A DNA stretch of 64,000 nucleotides, from the NCBI GenBank assembly GCA_000004985.1, contig GG738893.1; one strand, written 5' to 3'. This document shows positions 56,953-64,000 of this stretch, piece after piece; within the stretch, counting starts at the first letter, position 1, and each line of letters starts with the position of its first letter. Source of the stretch: Naegleria gruberi. Taxonomy: Eukaryota. The translations under genes and the position numbers were made by a program. The notes under the pieces are model-generated. The model was not told the origin of the DNA and made no database searches. It saw only the letters and a program-made list of their open reading frames with translations.

Positions 56953-58024
56953 TTATTGATCTTGATAGAGAATTACATTTTGTAATAATTCAAAATTGGA
57001 AAGTGAGTTTTGAATGAATCTGTTGAAACATGCTTGAATTGCTGCTAATTCTTGTTGATTTTTGAATGATTGATCTTCTGTTGCATCTAATTGTGCAATA
57101 ATTTCATAATTGGTCAATTTGGAATTCTTTACAATTTTCACAAGTTTTTCCTTTACAAAATTTAAATTTTCCAGCAATAAATTGTCTTCCAATTCAGTTT
57201 CATAAGTATGAATGTAGATAATTAATGGAAAATCTGGAGTATCTTTGATCATGTGAATGGATTCAATGAAAGATTCAATTCTTTGATAATCCTTCTTCAA
57301 TGGCCATGAGGGAATCAACAATATGAAAGCATTTCCATTTCTATAATGATCACAGTGGTATCTATCCTCCTTCTCATGCGCAATTTCAGCTGTATAATGT
57401 CGATAAATAATCAAAATTCTGATAAAACTTACCAATGTCAATAAGTTTAGTTTCACATTTCAAATATTCAAGATATAAACTTTTTAATCCAATGTGATTG
57501 TAATTCACTGAAACATTAACAGTATTTTGTCTTGAACGATACTTTGAATATTTGTAATTTTTTAACGTTTCATATGAAGTGTATGGATCTAATTTCTTAT
57601 GGAATTCACTTCTTCCAGTTTTTTTATCTGAAAGTAGAATTATTGACAATTCTTTGGATTTCAATAATTCTTTCATCATCTTTTGTTTCCATGTCAATAA
57701 TTTACAAATAGAACTATTTAATTGCTTTCTTTCCAATAGAGATTGACATAAATTATTAGCAAGTAATGATCGGCTAGTATTTACCAATTTACCAAATACT
57801 AGGCTCCATATTTTGTTAAAGTAATCCTCCATCAATTCATTCAATTCGGGAGAAATCAATGAAAGATTATTCACTTGTTGGAACAGTGTTGCTGATTCCG
57901 TATTGGTACTGCCAATATTTTCAAATACAAGAAGATAATCGAAAATAATTGCGAATATTTCTGAAGGTAGCTTGTGAATAATTGTTCTTTCTTGTTCTTG
58001 TTGATGAGGAGATGATGCTAACAT
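56953..58024 (-). CDS. F-box domain protein. Exons are 57433-58024 and 56953-57389; the intron is 57390-57432 (43 nt)
   Basis: The F-box is LPSEIFAIIFDYLLVF. The donor G|GTAAGT and acceptor TTATACAG|CT join ...KLIDI to AEIAHEKEDRYHCDHY... in frame. Confidence 0.6.
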
Positions 58025-58076
58025 TTTTTTTTGTTACAGCACATAATAGAACTTCCTATTTTGAATCAAATTCTAT

Positions 58077-59525
58077 TTATTCCATGGCATCACCTGGTGA
58101 TTTAACTCCTGGAGACTTTTTGACTACTTTTGTTGTTACGGTGGCCTTTCTTATTATTCCTTTTTGTACAATTTGTGGTCGAGAAATAGGTGAAGAGGAA
58201 TAATCAGATCCATTATCTGATAGGGCAGGAGAATTGATTGGAGTTATTGGTGACATTGGAGATGTACCAAGAGAGTTTACAGTTGGAACTTTACGAATAA
58301 TCTTTCTGATTATTTTAACTGGTTCTGATGGAGAAGGATTTTGGTGGAGTGGAATGGAATCTATTGTATTTGGTGAATCACTGACCTCGTCATCCATAAC
58401 TGAGGAAGCATTGGAGAGCATTGAAAGAGTTCTATCGGTAGAGCATGACGATATCGATGATACTGAGCTCACAGATGAAGAGTAGAGAGAGTTATTTCTA
58501 TTGTTACTTCCGTTTTGTGAAATGATCGAACCATGATCTGGTTGTTTTGTTGTTGTCACTATAATCGATCCATTTGTGGTTGATGATGAAGATGGTGCAG
58601 TAGAGGAGTTCTTATTAGAATTTCTTCTCTTAAACGAGTGTCCTGTTGACAATGAATTTTGGTTTTCACCACCTGTTGCTGATTTGTGTGAATTTGAATT
58701 CTTTCTTCTTGATGTTACACTAGGAGGAGGCACATGTGAGCTTGCAAGCCAAATTAAATGATGCAAAACCTCATCAATCGACACATCATTCAGTGAAGCC
58801 TTTACTGTGGCCATCTGGAAAAGCCACCTCTTATTTGTATCAGCCGAATATCTAATCAACATTTCAGCAACCTCACAAGCTACTTGACTATTCTTTACAT
58901 TCATCGTAAGCCAAGATTGTTCCGTATTACTATTGTTAGCATTCAAATTTAATCGCAAGCCATCATCATTGCTGTTATTATTTGGCTTATTAAGAATTTG
59001 ATGATGATCGCGTGAGGAAGAGACAATAGAACGTGGCGAGGTTGATGTTGAGGCTTTTTTTCCCTCCAACATGATCTGTAAAAGATTGGCGCGCTTTGAT
59101 TCTTCCATAAAATGATAGAAAAGAACATGATCAAAGGCTACGGGTGAAGCATTGGAAGCAGCAGAGGACAGAAAGATTGGAAGTTGGCTCGATGAATTAT
59201 TATAGGAGGTAGATTGAATTCGGGAGGAGGTGGCTGGCTGTGGATGTTGTTGTTGTTCATTAGAAAAATTTAAAGATTGATTATTATTGTTATGATTTGA
59301 ATTTTGAATTGTTGTTGTAGTAGTAGCCGAAGATGATGAAGATAGAGTGATGGTATTAGAGGAGGAGAGAACGGAAGTTGGTGAAGGTGGAGTTTGGTGA
59401 AGGAAATGTGCTGAAGTCGATGATGTCGACATGTAACTACCGCTCATCATCATCATGTTGTTATTATTATTATTGGGAGGTGATGATTCAGGTAGTTGTT
59501 GATGAGGAGAACCATGATGAATCAT
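58077..59525 (-). CDS. Ser/Thr/Asn-rich hypothetical protein (482 aa) with a conserved-looking central segment
   Basis: ATG at 59525. The central FDHVLFYHFMEESKRANLLQIMLE...VACEVAEMLIRYSADTNKRWLFQMATVKASLNDVSIDEVLHHLIWLASSH is flanked by low complexity. Family not recognised. Confidence 0.5.
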   Translation of the reverse strand: MIHHGSPHQQLPESSPPNNNNNNMMMMSGSYMSTSSTSAHFLHQTPPSPTSVLSSSNTITLSSSSSATTTTTIQNSNHNNNNQSLNFSNEQQQHPQPATSSRIQSTSYNNSSSQLPIFLSSAASNASPVAFDHVLFYHFMEESKRANLLQIMLEGKKASTSTSPRSIVSSSRDHHQILNKPNNNSNDDGLRLNLNANNSNTEQSWLTMNVKNSQVACEVAEMLIRYSADTNKRWLFQMATVKASLNDVSIDEVLHHLIWLASSHVPPPSVTSRRKNSNSHKSATGGENQNSLSTGHSFKRRNSNKNSSTAPSSSSTTNGSIIVTTTKQPDHGSIISQNGSNNRNNSLYSSSVSSVSSISSCSTDRTLSMLSNASSVMDDEVSDSPNTIDSIPLHQNPSPSEPVKIIRKIIRKVPTVNSLGTSPMSPITPINSPALSDNGSDYSSSPISRPQIVQKGIIRKATVTTKVVKKSPGVKSPGDAME

Positions 59526-60092
59526 CTTTTTCGTTATTTAATTAATTTAATTATAATATCGTCTTCTTTAGGATCAATGGATAATAGGAGAGAAAAAGTC
59601 TGCCTTTCACCCTCTGCTGATAATAATAATTTAGAATTTAAAGATTTGATGATGATCGAAAGTTAAAGTAGATATCTAATAATTATTGGAAGAATATAGT
59701 CTCACAATCTCATCACCACAAAAAGACAAGGTTAATGATTCGGTCACTTTGTTTTTTTTGTTGGCGTAAAGCAAATCGTTTGATTCTTGACATGGAAACG
59801 AAGGAAGATTCGGCTGACACCATGACATGCCATATTTTGTTCAAGAAAGTTTACAAATTCTCTTTGTAAATGTAATGACCTTTTTTCAAAGGCTTTAACC
59901 CTTCCAGATATGAACAGTCATTAAGCAACACAAGGTTCACAAATGTCACCATAGCATACAACTGTCAAACATATTTCTGTAAATGCCATTAAGAAAAGCA
60001 TTCCCAAAAAGATCCTCATCATCTCAGAAAAGAGTTTCAAAAAAATAGTATTGGTCAATAACAGTTCTTTTACTATTATTATTATTATTGGC

Positions 60093-60485
60093 ATGAAAAT
60101 AGAAATGAGCTGCTACATGAGAGCCATTGTAGTATGGTTTGTTATCATGTTGAGTGAGACAGTCCATGGAATATTGAGAGGATTACTATTGGTGCCACTG
60201 GTTGGTGATTTCCGAGCTCGACAAGTTTGTGTCTTTACAGGAATGTTATTAATTTATTCAATTGTTAAAAGGTTTAAGAGGTGGATTAATGTTCGGAATG
60301 ATGATCATGTTCAAAAATTTGGAATTGGACTGATGTGGGCCTTACTCACAATTTTCTTTGAGATTGGACTTGGAAGATTGGCTGGCTTTTCATGGGAACG
60401 AATCATGGAGGATTATAATCTACTTCAGGGAGGTTTCATGATCATTGGATTGGTGTTCATGTCTCTTGTGTTGAGAATTGTATGA
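60093..60485 (+). CDS. Small polytopic membrane protein (130 aa)
   Basis: ATG at 60093 (MKIEMSCYMRAIVVWFVIML...), with 3-4 hydrophobic helices. No recognised family. Confidence 0.4.
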   Translation: MKIEMSCYMRAIVVWFVIMLSETVHGILRGLLLVPLVGDFRARQVCVFTGMLLIYSIVKRFKRWINVRNDDHVQKFGIGLMWALLTIFFEIGLGRLAGFSWERIMEDYNLLQGGFMIIGLVFMSLVLRIV

Positions 60486-60651
60486 ATTACAATTATCAAA
60501 AAATTTAATTGGTTGATTCTTCCTATTGGCAATATTTGTTGTTACATGTACAATTATTAATTACATAATATATTAATAATATTAAATTATTATTATTAAT
60601 TCATAATTCATGTTGAATTTCTTCATGCCAAATCAAATAATAATAATAATA

Positions 60652-61477
60652 TTAAATTGTTTCAATCACTCCTCCACTCGAAATATTCGGAATTGAATTA
60701 TTAAACAATTCATTATATGAAGAAATATGATCCGAATGGAATGACGATGAATTTTCATCTTGTTGTTTTTCTTCATTCAATATGAATTGCAAAGACATGG
60801 GATATAATTTGTTAAATATTGGTAAATGTCTAATATCATGGAAATATTGTGGCCAACGTTTCAATCCGAGTACATCCTTCAATTCGTAAAATCTTCTTTT
60901 AAGAGTTGAAAGACTACATATAATTTACATGCCTGTTGTTGGGAAAGATGTAAAACCTGAATCATTTCCTTCTCGGATATCACTCGATGTTTCCTCACTT
61001 TGGCCATTTCGAGATAACTTTGAATCTTCTTCTCCTTGAATGAGGAAGAACCTTGTGGAGAGAGAACCTTCTTCCAACACACTGTGAGCTGATTGCAACT
61101 GGAATTCAGATGAGGTTGGGATGTTGATGATGAACCTGCTACTGATGATGAGACACATGTATGACAAGTGTTGGAACTTGTATTAAGGAGTTGGATGGAA
61201 CTACTTGAGAGAGATGTGGTAACTGTAGTGGTGTTAGTATTATTGGAGGGAGAAGTGGATGGATTAGTTAATATTACATTGGAAAAACGACCACTATTAA
61301 TGTCTGCCTTAACATGTGTTATGGTATGTTGTCTCTGCCTTAACATATTGCGAGGTTTTGGAATACCGTTGACGTACTGTAGATAGTGTTGTTGTGAGTT
61401 GAAAGATGTGGAAGAAGAACTACTAGAGCAACAAGAAGAACTGGATGATGTATTTGCAATGCACAAAAAACTCATTA
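60652..61477 (-). pseudogene. RWP-RK-like gene, copy 5. It is frame-disrupted inside the domain by a net 4-nt deletion relative to the paralogs, which merges ORFs 60879-61658 and 60652-60882
   Basis: ...VISEKEMIQVLHLSQQQACKL then shifts frame to CSLSTLKRRFYELKDVLGLKRWPQYFHDIRHLPIFNKLYPMSLQFILNEE. The paralogs read ACKQLNCSLS; here it is ACKL(+2 nt)CSLS. The N-terminus begins MSFLCIANTSSSSS at about 61477. Confidence 0.5.
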
Positions 61478-61900
61478 TGAATTCAGTTGATTGGTATCGA
61501 TAGTTGATTGGAATGTTTGGTAGTTTTTTTGGATTCACCAACCAACTGAATGCACAACAAGGTGTGGGATTCAAAATTGGTGGTGTGAAAGATGGAGTTG
61601 TGTTTAATCTCCTATGGACATATATAGTGGTTGTGAAAAATGGAAAAGCACCCCTCAAATTAGTTGTGGACTTTTTTCAAGTTCTTCGTTATGTTGGTTG
61701 AGGCAGACGATTAAGGATGTGAGGACTGTGCTTGCTTTAGAAATATGATATACTTCATCTTAACATGGCTTTATCGGCGAAAAATAGTTCGTATTAGCCA
61801 TATGTCCTCAATATGAAAAGAATCATTTTTCCTTTATGGACTGCTCAACTATTTATTTGCTTGTTCTAAATGACAAAACTTGATTCTTCCACATTTGAAA

Positions 61901-62815
61901 TCATTTCTTGGCGAGCCTCCTCAGTGGTAATGATACTTCTTCCTCTATACCGTCTACTTGTTTTCTCTTCCATTGTTGTGGAACTGGCTCTGACATCTCA
62001 GCTAGGTCTTCAATCTCCTCTGGAGTTGGTAATGGCTTTGTGTGGTGCTTGTCATTGAGGAGGTAACAAGTGGTCATTCCCTTTCCTTTAACTTCAATGT
62101 AACGTTCCTCAAATTCAAATCCCAAATCATGAACACGTTCATAGGTCGATCTGCTGATTTGAATTCTTCCTGAGAGTGATGTTGATTCGATTCGAGAAGC
62201 TGTATTCACTGCATCACCCCACAAATCATAAGCAAACTTTTTAGTTCCAATCACTCCTGCAATTACTGAACCAGTGTTAATTCCTGCTCTAATATTAATT
62301 TGTGTTGTTGGATTTTTAACATTAAAGTCATGAATCGCATCAAATGTTCCCATTGCAAATCTCAGGATGCAGATTGAGTATATCCAATTCCACTAACACA
62401 GAAATAAGCATCTCCAATGGTCTTGATCTTTTCCAAACTATACTCATCTGTCAAGGCATCACTGTAAAGTTAGCTCTGTGAACCACTCTCAAAACAGATG
62501 TTCCATGTTTGATATTCAACATTGTATAATAGGAAGAGTTTACATTAGTTTCAGATTCTAACAGAATCAATCCACAACACTAGGTCACAAAAACCACACA
62601 ATCACAATTCCATATATGAAGAACAAATTTCTAGATTGATTGAAACTATTCTTTGGCAAGTGAATGGCCACACCATCATCATTCTTTATACCAATTTGGT
62701 GATATATTTTACCAACTACATTCTTGGATAAGGAAGTATTCATCAGATTCAGCACTTGTTTAAATTGAGACATTTCTCTTCTAGTTATCATGAGATAGAC
62801 AAGGAATGCAACCAA
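61901..62815 (-). pseudogene. Compressed and frame-disrupted paralog fragment of the PAS-cyclase receptor gene (cyclase catalytic core plus a piece of the membrane region)
   Basis: 61901-62353 encodes ...ILRFAMGTFDAIHDFN...GINTGSVIAGVIGTKKFAYDLWGDAVNTASRIESTSLSGRIQISRSTYERVHDLGFEFEE, about 70% identical to the same region at 40.2-40.6 kb. Upstream, DALTDEYSLEKIKTIGDAYFCVSG sits in a frame offset by 1, with a stop between. 62585-62815 encodes ...VGKIYHQ..., resembling IGKIYQQ in exon 2 of the intact gene. About 1.5 kb of intervening coding sequence is missing. Confidence 0.5.
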
Positions 62816-63257
62816 AAAGCTACCTAGAATGTGATTGTGACTTGATTGAATATTCTTTTCACAAAAGTGGTATTAGGTATTATTATTATCTGGGGAATTT
62901 TAGCAATTTCCATTTGATGAATCTCTCACCAATTGATGCTAGTACATTAGAAACTTCTACCAATGATGTGTTCTTCTTACCATACTCATGAGTTGTTTAT
63001 TGTCAATTTTGATTGCTTCAAACAGTCATCCTCTTCACAATGGAAACATCAACTTGTCAAGCCATGATGTTATTTTTCAATTGTTTTGGAATATTTGCAA
63101 ATGTAATCATTTCCAATGCATATGTATGAGATTTTTAGTAGTAAGAAATTGTAAAGGATAACAGATTACACTGTAATTCTATTACTGCGCTCCTTTAAGG
63201 CAGATTTTCTTAATCGCCCCTAACGCTCAATTATTTTTAAAAAATCTTAAAAAAAAT

Positions 63258-63824
63258 ATGAAACACTTCTTCCTTATTGCTGGCGTCTTGTTGGTCGTCT
63301 TGATGATCAATGCCGTTAGCGCTTCCACTGAAAATGTTGTCGTCGGTTCAGCAGCAATCAGCAAGATTGACGCCGAAGAACAACAAGCTATGAATCTTAT
63401 TGATAGATTGCGTGGTAATGTTAGAGGTTCTGGTGCTAATTGTAGATTTGAAAATACTGATGCTACTATTAAGACCTTTATTTGTGATATTACATTTGAA
63501 AAGAAGGTTTTGGTTAAAAAGGTTAAGGCTTCTGCCACTGTCTCTATTGTTGCTAATTTGGCTTCTTCTAGAGTCACTGTTAAGATTCAATCTCATGGTG
63601 CCACTCTTTACAATAAGGATTATCCAATTGGTCAAGTTAACCTTGATCCTATCTGTGTCAATGTTATTCCTGAAGTTGGTTTCTGTCTCCAACTCAGAAA
63701 TCTCAGATTTAACACCAATCCACCAGGTTGTGTTTCCATTGATTTGACTGGTTACTTTAATGCATTTGGTTTGCATGAAAATGTTCTCAAGCAACCAATA
63801 GGATGGAATGCCAACAAGTGTTAA
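63258..63824 (+). CDS. Secreted Cys-containing protein (188 aa) with an N-terminal signal peptide
   Basis: ATG at 63258. MKHFFLIAGVLLVVLMINAVSAS is followed by a mostly hydrophilic domain with 6 Cys. No recognised family. Confidence 0.55.
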   Translation: MKHFFLIAGVLLVVLMINAVSASTENVVVGSAAISKIDAEEQQAMNLIDRLRGNVRGSGANCRFENTDATIKTFICDITFEKKVLVKKVKASATVSIVANLASSRVTVKIQSHGATLYNKDYPIGQVNLDPICVNVIPEVGFCLQLRNLRFNTNPPGCVSIDLTGYFNAFGLHENVLKQPIGWNANKC

Positions 63825-64000
63825 TAAAACTCTATTAACACAAAGATTCGTTCCTTCTTTGTAGTAGAAGCTTAAAACTTCGCTGTTAAACTTCCTGTTA
63901 GAACGTTTTCTTCAATTTTCACCAAGTTATCCAAGCCGAAAGGTTCGTTGTCTCGTTACTGTCACGTGTCATCAAAAAACATAATTAAAAAAAATGACGC

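Noticed and set aside
63227-63794. Three overlapping ORFs (63227-63577 -, 63348-63794 -, 63400-63747 +) over the secreted-protein gene
   Set aside because: They are shadow or alternate-frame ORFs of the ATG-initiated, signal-peptide-bearing gene 63258-63824.

Overview
This window is the left end of a chromosome from an AT-rich eukaryote with short spliceosomal introns. It starts with about 450 nt of terminal (AACCCA)n repeat, which is the C-strand; the G-strand unit is TTTGGG. Subtelomeric sequence follows, then a gene-dense region interrupted by four N-gaps (1091-1140, 2008-7109, 9251-14085, 15654-18860).

The organism is inferred, not determined. Asn/Gln/Ser-rich low-complexity coding, GTAAGT...AG introns of 41-88 nt, RWP-RK-like proteins and a 5S rRNA close to the Dictyostelium type all point to a dictyostelid-like amoebozoan. 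The standard genetic code applies.

Features supported from sequence:
- A tRNA-Lys(CUU) gene with a perfect hairpin 28 nt downstream.
- A lone chromosomal 5S rRNA gene on the minus strand.
- A decayed L1/TRE-like non-LTR retrotransposon (ORF1; ORF2 with endonuclease, reverse transcriptase, RNase H and Cys/His domains).
- About 30 protein-coding genes, listed individually below.

The most interesting content:
- A local expansion of small RWP-RK-like transcription-factor genes at 45.9-61.5 kb (four intact copies, one frameshifted copy, one remnant).
- A sensor-domain protein with a divergent cyclase-like domain lying 4.4 kb from a 1760-aa PAS-cyclase receptor gene, plus a degenerate cyclase paralog fragment near 62 kb.
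- An intron-containing SH3b-GH19 chitinase/lysozyme-like gene that looks bacterial in origin.

At least six genes carry apparent single-site frameshifts in otherwise conserved domains. Together with the N-gaps this suggests either draft-quality sequence or subtelomeric pseudogenisation; the two cannot be separated from sequence alone.

No CRISPR or prokaryotic features are present. All functional calls are homology-by-eye from conserved motifs and carry the stated uncertainty.
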